A stretch of DNA of 48,722 bases from Paraspadella gotoi (taxonomy: Eukaryota > Animalia > Chaetognatha), in contig CM119264.1 in the NCBI GenBank assembly GCA_051294375.1, positions 20,127,564 through 20,176,285 of the forward strand, written 5' to 3'. Below, one piece after another: positions 11,901 to 22,828 of the stretch (the stretch's first letter is position 1; each line of letters opens with the position of its first letter). Position numbers and translations under genes: made by a program. A model generated the notes under the pieces. The model ran no database searches and had not been told where the DNA came from. It saw nothing but the letters and a program-made list of their open reading frames with translations.

Positions 11901-13452
11901 TTTTCCCCTTTTTGAAACTTATAGTAAACTGGAGCCATAGAAGTAAAAGTATTAAACTACTACTACCCCTTTTACTCCATGTGTGTACATTAGCAATACG
12001 TTTGTTGAGTTTCGCAAGAGATGGTAATTAATTATTGGCATACACAGAAACAGCGACCAGTGCTAAGTTAATAATATATTAATTAATAATTAACCAACTT
12101 GATCAATTAATCACCAAATTATAAACCAATAATAAAATAATTACTTTTTTTATATATCATCAGCAGTGGGGAAATTAAGAAATTTAATCATTTGGAATAT
12201 ATTCAAATTTATAATAACTCTCATAACAATTTTTTAAAAACCTAAAAACTAAGCTTTAAAGTATATGGAATTTAGTTATCTTATTACAGGATATTTTATT
12301 ATTTATTAGATATATTATTCTAGGTTTGACTCAGGCTGATTGATTTATCTGATTTATATCATATTATGATAAAAATATATTTATTTATAATAATATAATA
12401 AGATATTTTATCCTTCAAACAGTCTGTACATGAAGAATCTACAAAGATGTAGGCACACCTTGGTTAAAAGTAATTGTATGATTAGTCTATCATTTATATG
12501 ACCATATTTTAACAAAAATAAGGATTTTATTCTAATTGAAAGCTTTATCAGCAGCAAGCTTTTTCCACATCCTCCAGCATATTGGAAATGCCTTTACAGG
12601 TGTATAAAAGAATTCTGTTCAAAAAATTTTAATTAAAAAAGTAACTACAAGTATTTTGCCAGCTATTAAAGCTATTTTTGATAACATAACTTTCTTTTTT
12701 TTTTAATTGATGAGGCGTGTGGAGATAATATTTTCAGAATCCTTCAAAAGAGGCTCCCATGAGAAGTTGTTGGTCAATCAATTTAAGATTTACCAAAAAC
12801 TTTTATCTTATCTAGTTTCATTAAACTGCCTTACTATCTAATTAATAGCTATATATTTTCTATATAATTAAGCAATTATAAAAACTGTACAGAAGTATCC
12901 TCCAGGATGTAGACATACTTGCATTTTCAAAAAAAGGTTATGAAATTAGTTAAAGGCTTGTTAATGAATATAATTTTATAGGAACCTTTTATAGTACCAT
13001 CAGCACTCAAAGATATAATCTTTATTTTAATAGCTACCACCTCTCCAGCATGTTGTAATGCTGCTGCAGAGCCTCCAGAGGTAGTTGGGATCTGAAAATT
13101 TATTTGAATTAAATTCATATACTTTTACAACTAATAAATTTAAGTGGGCACAAAAACTTTCTTACTTTAGACACAATGAACTATGAGTGAAAGGATGTGC
13201 CAAAAATCCTTCAAGGCAGGGTAGCACGGCCAGTGATCAACTTTTTAAACGGCGATTGTTCCTAACATCTTTTTTTAGGCCTCCACATATTATCCGAGAC
13301 CTCATTTGAAATCCGAGCAACTTTTGGCATTTGGCACACCCTACTGTTGCGTCTCTTCAGTGAATTGTTATTGTTGGTGTAAAGTTCATCACCAGGTTGA
13401 GGCAAATCGCCTGAAAGTGTTTGTCTGCTGTGTCAGAAATCGAGCTCACCAA

Positions 13453-13683
13453 TGAAGAGACAGTTATAATTGTTACAAGTGACAGAACCGTTCAATATAA
13501 GCAGTCCCTGAGCTTATGATCAAGGCGTAACACCGGTGTTACAGGCAGGTTTAGCGCCCCGTCCCTCTTAACTGCGAGGCGACTACTAGGCTAAAACCCT
13601 GGACCTTTGGTTTTGGAGGCAAATGACTTGCCTCCTGCACCAATGGCCGCTGATGAACGGTTGGTGGATTTTAGTCCACCATA
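13453..13683 (-). mobile_element. Family B tRNA-twister element, diverged copy
   Basis: Colinear with 46596-46814; twister 13501-13575 has L4 changed to TCATAAGC and TAA changed to AAA. Confidence 0.75.
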
Positions 13684-14094
13684 ATATCATCTAAAAGCGA
13701 AGAGAGAGTACTATATGAATATTTATTCAGATGATTTTATTTTATTTATTTATTAAAATCATGGACTTTTTAAAATTTTGTCTCGATATAGGGTCCCACC
13801 CCTGCGCTATTATGTTGTTGACAAATAGTCGTTGATAATGGTTGTTCCACCATGAGCAACTTCATCTAGTAAAATGGGCTTATACTTCATCTCCGAACCT
13901 GAAGACCCAATCGCGGTTTCCCAACTCCACTCCAGCGCTACCCAAAGGTCCCGAGTTGTAGTCCTTGTCGGTTCCGTCCTTTCATAAAACTATTATTAAT
14001 AGTGACGGGCTGGTTAATCTACCCAAAGCGCCGGGTGCAATACATGGGAACCGCCTCTCCTCTTGATTTTTTTAGCAAAACCATATCAACTCAC

Positions 14095-14546
14095 CTGCGT
14101 TAAAGGGCTCTACTCGTCCGGCAGAGATGAAAGGCAGTCTCCTCGGTGGCCTTAACTGATCGTTTCCTCCCTCTACACCGCGGGGATGAGGAATTGTAAA
14201 CGAGGAACGAAAAGTTTCCTCTGTCTTGCGAACTTTAAAAACTGCCACTTCGCCGTGGACGTCCTCGCCCGCCAATAGCTTGGATATCTTCTTCGTCGAT
14301 AATCCGCCGTCGACGGCCTTGTCCCTTGTCGTAGGCACCCGATCCTCTCGTGGTGCTCCTTCGTCCCTAACCCGACCCGCGCTCCCTTCCCCTCGTCCCC
14401 TGACTTCCTTTCCGAATCCCGTTGCCAGCGCTCTCTCATTCGTCCTCTCCATTGTCAAACTGGTTACCCGCTTCTCTGCCTGTTTGTCTTGTCCGAACCT
14501 CTGGGCCATTGTCGTCGAAGATCTGCGCCAGTGAAATGATGGAACA
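14095..14546 (-). CDS. Gene 2 exon 4
   Basis: Open GC-rich frame (ORF 14072-14509); consensus donor CAG|gtgagt phase 1; two phase-2 acceptors possible (exon start 14546 or 14522). Confidence 0.6.
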
Positions 14547-15613
14547 CTGTTAAAGTCGTCCGTTAAATGAACTTGTTACATATTGAAAATCGCATTTTAG
14601 AGTTTCTTTTCAGATTCGTGGGTTGAAGTAAAAGGGCATAAATTTCGTAGATAAAATGAGAGATGATATATTCGGATATTTAAATAAGGCAACGGTGAGG
14701 CTCTCACAGGAGCCAGAATAGGTTCTATATCTATTGGAACTAAGTCTATTTATAAGTTCAGAAACGATTCGAGAGCTAGGGTTAAATTTTTCTTTTCCCA
14801 TAAGTAGAACCAAATTCCTATAGTCGATCCCAAACCTTTTTTCATAATATTTTTATATTTTTGGATTGGGAATGACTGGAATAATGTAAATCTTAAGTTC
14901 CGTCTAAATTGGCCTGTGGATTTAAAAGAAATAGACCAAAAACGACCAAAATTCCTCTCCATTTTTTCAACATTCTCGCCTTTTAAGATTTTCGCCGATT
15001 CTGACTTCCTCTTACAAACTTATAATTCCGCTAGTTAATTTTTTTTTCTTAAACGAGCGAAGGGAATCCACAACTTTCTGTTATTTTATGATTTCTGGGT
15101 AAAAAATATAATAAATTACATTAACATTGGTATATTATGAAAGTAATATCTTATGAAGCCTGTGAGAGTTAAATAATTAAACAATTATTTTATTATTAAA
15201 AAATAACATCAAAGTGAAGAAGTTGAATGTCTTCCGGCTCCTTTCAGTAAATATCCCTGTTCTCTTCAATAAGATAATGTTTACTTTTTGCTGGTGGATA
15301 AGAAGGATAAATACTTAGGCTGTGATGGGGTAAATGATATTTTGTAGAATTTTGTAAGCATGCTTGTAAAATCAGACAAGCAAATATTTAAGTAACAAAA
15401 AATTCACATTTTCTTTATCCAAAAAACTTTAAAGTTTTACTAGAGTACAATTTAGCCTTTTTTCTTTTAGAAAAGATTGCCATTCCTTCAAAAGATATTA
15501 AGAAAAATCAGTTTTTTTCTCTACCTTCCTTTTAATTTCTTTTTAAATAAAAATTTTGTGATTCGAACTGGACTATTTCATTTAAACCTGATCATTTTAT
15601 GTCAAAATCATTA

Positions 15614-15784
15614 GAGAGAGCAAAGAATTTTGAATTTAACGATTTTTTATTAGTAGTTGGACATGTTTCGGCTTGCTTATTTCAAGCCGAAACATGTCCA
15701 ACTACTAATAAAAAATCGTTGTTAAATTCAAAATTCTTTGCTCTCTCTAATACCTATGAACAACGAAAAAGAAAGGATTAACGC
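15614..15784 (+). mobile_element. Penelope-like pLTR remnant with inverted duplication and 15-bp TSD
   Basis: Palindrome 15610-15675/15683-15751 centred on hammerhead halves AAGCCGAAACATGTC; direct repeat ATGTCAAAATCATTA at 15599-15613 and 15785-15799. Confidence 0.7.
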
Positions 15785-16369
15785 ATGTCAAAATCATTAT
15801 AAAATGAAAAAATAAAAATAGGACAAGCTCTTCAGACACAAAGCTATCAGAATCGCGAAATTCGAAGTCTCATGTAACAGGAACATATAGCAATCCCGTT
15901 TGCAATTTTAAGTTAGTAAACTTTCCCTTTCATTTCTATAGTAAAAATGAGGTTTGAAAATTCTCTGAAAATGAGGAGTACATTTCCCCTCGCTTGTTTG
16001 ATATTAAATCCTTTCTCAAATGCGATAAAACGAATAGGACAAGCTCTTCAGATGTAACAATATCGGAATCCTGCGTTTTTACAAATGATTTCTACCCGAA
16101 TTTCTGGCAATCGCGTTTGCAATTTGGGTAGTCAGATTTGAACGGAACTCTCTATTAGAAAAATGTTGAATCTTTTTTAAATCGAGATTCTCGTCTACCA
16201 TAAGCTTGATCTCTGATTGGTCGAGAGTGATTCTATAAGTGTCCAATCACGTCTCGGCAATTCCGAAACAGTGTCCGGTCATCTGAGCCGATTTGGTTTT
16301 TTTTTTTAAATTCTGGATCCTGCGATGCTCGGTTAGTTTTACAATATTTTTTAAGAAGACAAGTCTAAC

Positions 16370-16705
16370 CTTTGCCAAGAGTATCGATAGTCGTTTCCCA
16401 ATTCTCCTTTTCGTTCTCTTTCTTCCCCTCCTTCTCTTTCCCCTATCTCTCCTTTCTCCTTCCCCGTAACTTGTATTTTCGGGGGAAGAATTCTCGCCGG
16501 GCGCGACTGTCCAGGGAATAAGTCGTGCTTTCCTGAGGCCGAGGCCTTTTGCCCGAACGGCCCAGGCGCCACAACGGGTCCGTCGCCTTCTTCCCAGATT
16601 CTACGAGATACAACTAGATTGGAGGTCGATGATGGGCAACTGCCCAAGAGGCGCTGGGCCTTGACCGGAACCGGGCCCGGCAGATTGGTGAAGGGTTCGT
16701 CCGTT
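16370..16705 (-). CDS. Gene 2 exon 3
   Basis: Strong acceptor tttttctgaaattctctctttgtcag; the only open frame is phase 2 (TDEPFTNLPGPVPVKAQRLLG...), matching exon 2; donor AAG|gttaga phase 2 (weaker alternative donor at 16471). Confidence 0.6.
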
Positions 16706-17190
16706 CTGACAAAGAGAGAATTTCAGAAAAACAGAAAAACAAAAACAGTGAGTACATACAAGGAGATCCACGGGTACCGACCTCAAAATAATTTTAATAG
16801 CTTTGTAACCAATTTGAGTACAATTTTCATTAATACTGCAAAGCAATCACGTCTTGAAAATTTTTTTTTAATACCCTTGTCCTGTTGTATGATCAATAGA
16901 GCGAAGTGAAAGTTTGAAATCAAAATTTAGCAGTTATGTCTTGAAAACTATCATATTAGTAAATACTAATCTGTAGTAGGGGTAGCCGCATTCAATGGGG
17001 TGAGTCAAAAATTTAGAGTTGAGTACATGTTCAAACGAATATTTAGATATTTTTAAGAATACTTTCAATGGACAAAAAATTTGTAATATGGCTCTATACC
17101 CTAGTTATTAATTTTTTAATATTTATTTATAGATAGGAAAGGCCAAAATTTTTTTAAAGAATTTTTAAATTTTAAGACCAGATTCAGATA

Positions 17191-18675
17191 CAGTAGCATC
17201 CGTCTAGAATTTCTGAGACGGCAAGCTCTGTAACTCGAGTACAAATGATAATTTTAAAAAGAGCTTTTGTCTTGATATCGAGTAGACATTTGGCTACTCC
17301 CCCTTTGGCAAGCCATGGCTCTACAACCAATTTTGGGACATCAGAACTTATTGTAAAAAGTAGCTTCGGCCAGATTTGAACCTGAAACCTTTTCGTAATG
17401 TTGAAATCCGGCGCGCTAAGCACTCGGCCAAATGATTTTCAAAAAATTTTGTACAAAATAAATTATATAAAGCTGTAGGTTAGCTTTTAATTTTTTGGGG
17501 GAAACAAAAAATTCAACGTTCGAAGGCAGAGATTTCGACATCCGAGTCCCAAGTTTCGTCGCAACAACGACGATACGAAGAAGAAAGCGAATATCTGGCT
17601 TATTTTTAATGTTTGAAATTGAGGAAAAGTCAGAGGCCGCGAAGTCGAACATTTTCACGTTGCTTCTAAGGTGTTTTAATAAGTGTTTTTAACCAGTTGC
17701 TTATTGTGATAATCTGCCTACAATAATTAAGCGGTAATAAGCTAATACAATGATAATTCTTGGTAATGTTTTCTGACTTTCAATTTGTGATCTTAACAGA
17801 TCATAACATAAACAAGATCGTAACATAAACAAGTTTAAGCAAACAATGTCGGATCTGCCCACGATCATTATCGGTAATTAATTAATAATTAATTTATAAT
17901 TAATTCAAGTTAATTAATTAATTTGGCAATTAATTATTTTGATCCAAAAGGTTTGTTTTGATTAATTAATTGACTTATTGATTAATTAACTGATTAATTA
18001 TTTGATTAATTAATATATCTTACATTTACATTTAATATAAAAAGGAAAAAAAAGCATTATCAATTAGTGAAACATGTTTTGTTTTTTTCCATTTAAACTG
18101 ATTTCCACTCAAACGATTCCATCGAAACTTCATATTCAGCTCAATCACACATTTCCCTACCCACACACAAAATTTCATTCCAATCCATCCATTCAATCAT
18201 GAATAATTGGTGTTTTTTGCTAAGGTGGGATGGACGGATGGAGAGACGGACTTTTTTTTGCATAATTTATTATAATTCGATGTTCTGACATGATATAAGT
18301 GAATGCCTGACAAGATTGAGGGACCGACAAAGTGAATTATAGAGTCAGGATCTGCTGAAAGGAGATCTGACTAAAAAGAAAAGAAAAAACAAAATTTATA
18401 TTGAAGTTTTTGATTTTTTTTTTAAATAACGAAATGGCCGAGTGGTTAAAAACTAAGACTTCGACGCAGAATGGTATAGTCGGATTCGAATCCCACTCAA
18501 GGTAAACTTTTACAATAACCTGCTATGTCCCAAAAGTTGTCGTAGGGCAATGGCTTACCGAAGGGGGAGTAGCCATATGAGTACTCGATAACAAGACAAA
18601 AACTCGCTTTTGAATTATCATTTGTATTCGAGTTACAGAGCTTGCCGTCTCAGAAATTCTAGACGGATGCTACTG
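17191..18675. mobile_element. Tc1/pogo-like MITE with ~245-bp TIRs
   Basis: TA|CAGTAGCATCCGTCTAGAATTTCTGAGACGG and its exact inverse followed by TA; empty site confirmed in the paralogous host. Confidence 0.85.
17828..18374 (-). mobile_element. HINE H-A nested in the pogo-like MITE
   Basis: Both termini present. Confidence 0.8.
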
Positions 18676-19140
18676 TAGCTAATAAAAAGTTGTCTACACA
18701 AAGTATAATTCTTTTTAAAATATTTTTACGATAAGTGTGTCAAAAATAAGAAAAACCATAAAAAATCATCATCTTCATCTTTCGATGATTTTATCATTTT
18801 TTTTATTTTCACTTAGAAAACATAAAAATTTTTAAAAGCTGTAATTATATGTCTTGTTTAACTTTTGATGCTCTATCAGAATCCATCAAAAAATTTTAAG
18901 ATTTAAAAAATAAAATTTTTGCTCTATATAGTAATATAATATTTTTAATTAGGCTAGTAACCTCAGAAGAAAGCATTTTTGATAAAAAATATTTTAATAC
19001 CGTAATCTATGGTCATGTTAGATTATTTTAACGCTGTATACATTAGCATTTAAATTTCATCGGCTATGACTATCTGTAGTTATTTTTATTTTTTTTACAA
19101 ATATAGTAGCTTAGTCAGCTTATTTTGTATATAGTACTAT

Positions 19141-19430
19141 TGTAGTCGGGCATTGCCTAGGTTCACCCCGCCTATAAGCATGACTCTTTCAGTTGTGAGC
19201 CGGTGGCTCATTGAGTAAAGCCATCAGCTCATGACCACTAGGTACCAGGTTTAATCCCAACCCGGTACCTACCCTGCGGGAAGAGTGAGGACGGCCGTAA
19301 GCCGCCTTGGGGGTGTGGCAAACCCTTAAGCCTGGTTCCAAGCCTTGGACCCGTTCCATGTCTGCTAGAGGGGGTTATAGAAGTTATGGATAGTCATCCT
19401 CAGCCAACTTAGCGCCTTATCCATACTACC
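19141..19430 (+). mobile_element. tRNA-derived short element, family C (leader hairpin + tRNA-like head + twister + 3' hairpin)
   Basis: Leader stem TGTAGTCGGG/CCCGCCTATA; head about 19197-19269 with TGGCTCATTGAG and GGTTTAATCC boxes; 3' stem TATGGATA/TATCCATA. Confidence 0.7.
19276..19354 (+). ncRNA. Type-P5 twister ribozyme motif, family C
   Basis: GCGGG-AA-GAGT-GA-GGA-CGGCCG-TAA-GCC-GCC-[P3 TTGGGGGT-GTGGCAA-ACCCTTAA]-G-CCTGG-T-TCC-AA-GC-CTTGG-A-CCCGT; T1 GGA/TCC, P5 GCGGG/CCCGT; predicted cut 19298/19299. Confidence 0.8.
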
Positions 19431-19495
19431 CTTATTATAAGGCTTATTATAAGGCTTATTATAAGGCTTATTATAAGGCTTATTATAAGGCTTAT
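19431..19495 (+). repeat. (CTTATTATAAGG)n perfect 12-mer tandem, about 5 copies
   Basis: Directly visible; lies between the family C element and an inverted family A terminus (19494-19515). Confidence 0.9.
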
Positions 19496-19630
19496 GAAAT
19501 TGGTACAACCAATATATTGTGTAATATATATATAATGTCAAAATTTTAAATTTTTTTTTTTTTTAAATTCTGAAAACAGATTCAGATTCCTTGATAAAAG
19601 ATAGAAGAAGATATAAATCTTTTTCAAAAA

Positions 19631-20651
19631 TTATGTCATTAAATAGGTTAAAATTATAAAAAAATATATTTTTAAACCAGAAATTAAAAATCGGCGTCTT
19701 AAATATAGTTTTTTGTATTGTAAAGGAGGTGCTGCTGTAGTTGGTTTTGGAGCCGGGGGAGGTGCGGCAGCAGTGGTTGGAGCAGCAGTTGGATTGATTG
19801 GAGCAGATTCAATTGTCGTACCTCCAAAATTTATTCTTCTGTTCCTTTCTCTTTCCAGTTGTTTGGTAAGTTCCTTGACTGATCTTACCAATTGGCAAAT
19901 CTTCTTTTCCTGTTTCTTTATTTCGACTTCATGATTGATGCAGTAATCTTGTATTTCGGTGATGGCTCTGTCTTGGGTGGATCTTGTCTCGTTGAAGGTC
20001 GTTTCTGCACATTTCTTGTTCCATCTCTTGTCTTCTAAGTTCCATTTCGCGTTCATACTTTCCTTCTTGTTTTTTCTTTTCTTCTTTAATGAGGGCGAGT
20101 TCCTGTTGTTCTCGTTCGAAATTGCGGAACGTTTGGTCGTCCCAAAACGTTTCCTTTGGTTTGGGGATTTCATACTCAGGGCCGGAATCCTCGTCTTCAG
20201 AAACAACATTCGGTTGTGTATCATTGATGGCGTCAAAATATCCATCAATCAATATTTCAGACTCATTTGTAGCATCATGTGTTTGCTTGGCTGCCGTCTC
20301 GGAATCAGCATCATCATTCTCGTCTTGCTCGTTTATTGCATCATTTCTCTCGGGAGGTGGCGCGTCACGGCGTCGTCGTTCGGTGACGTGAGCCATGTTG
20401 ATACTTTCGTCAAGCATCTCGCGTTGAACAGATCCTTTGGGATAGCTATCCTGCAGCATTTTGATCTGGCCAAGTTTTGTGTTCACCAAGAATTCCATCT
20501 CCGTTGCGATGGCGATGGCTTCAGGAGTTCCAGTTTGCAGGTATCGTTTAACTAGTCTACAAAGAGAGCCAACGGCGTCATGTATCCCTTCAGGAGAAAA
20601 ATCATCCATGTTGATTCGCGAAAATTCCTCCTCGAGAGCAGCAAATGTCAT
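19631..20651 (-). pseudogene. Frameshifted acidic/coiled-coil/Pro-Thr-Ala-rich ORF nested in gene 2 intron; possibly a retroelement ORF1/gag-like relic
   Basis: ATG at 20651 opens a 240-aa frame; removing one C near 19980 (GAC AAG ATC C ACC CAA) fuses it to a second coiled-coil and PTAAP-rich frame that degrades into AT-rich DNA near 19720. Confidence 0.5.
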
Positions 20652-21368
20652 CGTTTCGATATGAAATAAAGAATAAAAATTCAATTAAAGAGAGCAAGGG
20701 TAAGTTTGAATCAATCAATCAATCAGTATTAAATAAATTGCAAAGTTACTTAGGCGGAATGTTTAATTCGTAAAATTAAAAAAAATTCCTTTGAGACAAA
20801 ATTCGAATCACTAAGCAAACAAAAGACAATCAATCAACCATGAAAATCATTGAATAATCAATCGGTTCATTTATACTAAATCAGCTAATCGAATCAATAA
20901 ATCAATACATTAATCAATAAAATCAATCGGTCGATTAGCCAATCAATCAATTAATCAATCAATCAATCAACATCGATCAGATTCACCTTTTGGATTGATA
21001 TTTTCCGGTTCAAAGGGTTCTGTTGTCAAGCTTGAAAAACAAATTTAATTCAATCCAAAAATCAATCACAAAAACCAACTCAACTTCCGAAGCGATGGAT
21101 ACTTTCTTACTGTAGAATCTTCAGTAAAAACGTAGTAGGAACTTTGTAAGAAAGTAGTTGACGGTCTCTCTAAAATGTGATCCAGTGAATCTGTATTTTT
21201 CTAGTCTGAGCCTGTCCAAGTAAGAGAGAGAAAGAGAGAGAGGGAAAGAGAGAGAGTGGAGAAAGAGTCAGGTCAGTCCCTGTCCGGTCGATCGGTCAAT
21301 CGGTCGAATGGGTCGGATCTGGCCGTCTCCGTCGGTCTCGGCCTTTTCTCTTCAGTGCTTCACTAGTT

Positions 21369-21575
21369 AAAAATCTTAAAAGCATAAGGATCGCAATCGC
21401 AATCGCATAAGAAAAATCTGGATTGACGACAAATTTTGATTTTAAAAATAATAAAATTTGAGCAACGAAAATTAATTTATGAACAGAAAAAAAAATTATA
21501 TTTTGCGATTGTCAAAAAAAAAAAAATTTGTCAAATAAACTGTTCAGCAGACGCAGCCAAGAAAAAAAAAGAGAT

Positions 21576-21626
<51 letters not shown>

Positions 21627-22175
21627 CCAAATCGTTTTCGGACAAATCAGCAGCGGCAGCAGCAGAGGCAGCCAGACAAAAAGAAAGAAATCAAAAGGCA
21701 GAAGCAGCAGGAGAAAAGAGAGAAAAGAGAGGCCCCTGCAGAGCCAGCTGCAGACTCAAAAGGCAGCAGCAGAAGCAGCAGGAGAAAAGAGAAAAAACGA
21801 ATAAGCCCCTGCAGAACCAGCTGCAGACTCGTTTTTTTCCCTTTCTCTAAGAATCTAGGGAAAAGAGAGAGGGAGAGAGACATATAATTAAAAGAGAAAA
21901 AAGAGAAAAGAAAGAAATATAAAAATAAAAGATAGAAAATTGGTTTGTTTTGATAAAACGTAAACAAAACATATTTAATAACTATCCTGAATCAATTTTA
22001 AGCACATCGATGATGAGAAGCTGTATATCAATTTTCAGCTTCATACACCCAAATTTAATCATAAAAAAGGCGATCTATAATTTGGAACGCCGACGCCAAC
22101 GCCGACGACGACGACTCCACTTATGTGCAAAACCACAGCAAAATCGTCGCAAACGCAAAGCGATTGCGACGATAA
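21369..22175 (-). mobile_element. HINE H-B
   Basis: Colinear with 2790-3681; both termini present. Confidence 0.8.
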
Positions 22176-22481
22176 AAAGTGATAGTAAATATTGATTAAG
22201 TATATGATGGACAAATGAATTTTATATTACAGATCTCTTAATGATAAAAAGTGATCAATTTTGGCCCGCCTTAGTGACCAACTTAGGACGAGCACAATAA
22301 AAAAATACTGGACTTTTCTCACTAATAAAATCTATATCATGACAAATGGATAGGTCGTATGGATGCTGTATCAATTTTTTGGGGGTCGGTAACTGTGGAT
22401 CTTCTTGGATATGAGTCTTTTTTAACTGTTTATCAAGGTTCAGAGGATTAAGAGTTTAAGACTGTATTTTCTAATTCCCAC

Positions 22482-22636
22482 CTCTCGAAGTTCCACACAT
22501 AGACGGGCCTATTGACAAGCAGGCGTCGTCGATGCCGGGCGCGGAAGTAGAGCCGCAGGCGTGCCGTGCAATGGACGATAATGTAGAGAACGACGCCAGA
22601 AAGGATGGGGGCCGCGCCGACAAGGGCTCCCTTTAT
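22482..22636 (-). CDS. Gene 2 exon 2: transmembrane helix plus basic stop-transfer segment
   Basis: Acceptor tatattcag, donor GAG|gtggga, 155 bp, phase 0-2. IKGALVGAAPILSGVVLYIIVHCTARLRLYFRARHRRRLLVNRPVYVWNFE(R). Confidence 0.65.
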
Positions 22637-22828
22637 CTGAATATATAGAGTTGATAACTATCGTAACGAAGAATAAAACCAGATAAACGTCCAAATAATC
22701 AGAACTTCTTTAAAGTTCTCCTTTAAATTTAATTATTGAGGTTTTTTCTTTTTCGAAAAAAAGTTCTATTATGTTATTAAATTAAGACATAAGTACTTTT
22801 TAAAATGGATGGGACAAGCGTCACAAAC

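Larger units (their letters stand above)
7983..13343. mobile_element. Foldback/MULE-like non-autonomous element with ~1.4-kb inverted arms
   Basis: Ends TAGGCGTGTGCCAAA and TTTGGCACACCCTA; TSD CTGTT(T)GCGT at 7973-7982 and CTGTTGCGT at 13344-13352; arms pair 7983-8953 with 12360-13343, 10116-10410 with 12065-12360, 10410-10595 with 11280-11470. Confidence 0.8.
7033..13804. mobile_element. Possible Tc1/mariner-like host element defined by 29-bp TIRs
   Basis: TA|CAGGGGAGGGACCCTACATCGAGACAAAA at 7033 and its inverse TTTTGTCTCGATATAGGGTCCCACCCCTG ending at 13804; right flank is CG, not TA. Confidence 0.45.
16977..19072. mobile_element. Non-autonomous DNA element with 12-bp imperfect TIR and 7-bp TSD (hosts the pogo-like MITE)
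   Basis: TCTGTAG|TAGGGGTAGCCG ... CGGCTATGACTA|TCTGTAG. Confidence 0.75.

Noticed and set aside
14072-14130. PFNAGELIWF as a Gypsy integrase C-terminal motif
   Set aside because: It spans a consensus CAG|GTGAGT donor, and no integrase core or LTRs are present.
16619-16909. Plus-strand exon with nearby CCAAT boxes (about 16215-16250)
   Set aside because: The minus-strand reading has a much stronger acceptor and phase-matches both neighbouring exons; promoter evidence is only two short motifs.
21325-21360. Minus-strand CTGAAGAG...GCCGAGAC as a hammerhead
   Set aside because: Stem II cannot pair and GAAA is altered.
21436-22195. Lys/Arg/Glu-rich and Ser/Leu-rich ORFs here and at 57-325, 23000-23290, 26203-26545, 40863-41178, 41853-42149, 43123-43320
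   Set aside because: They are translations of (GA)n tracts, A-rich runs or minisatellites, mostly inside HINE repeats.
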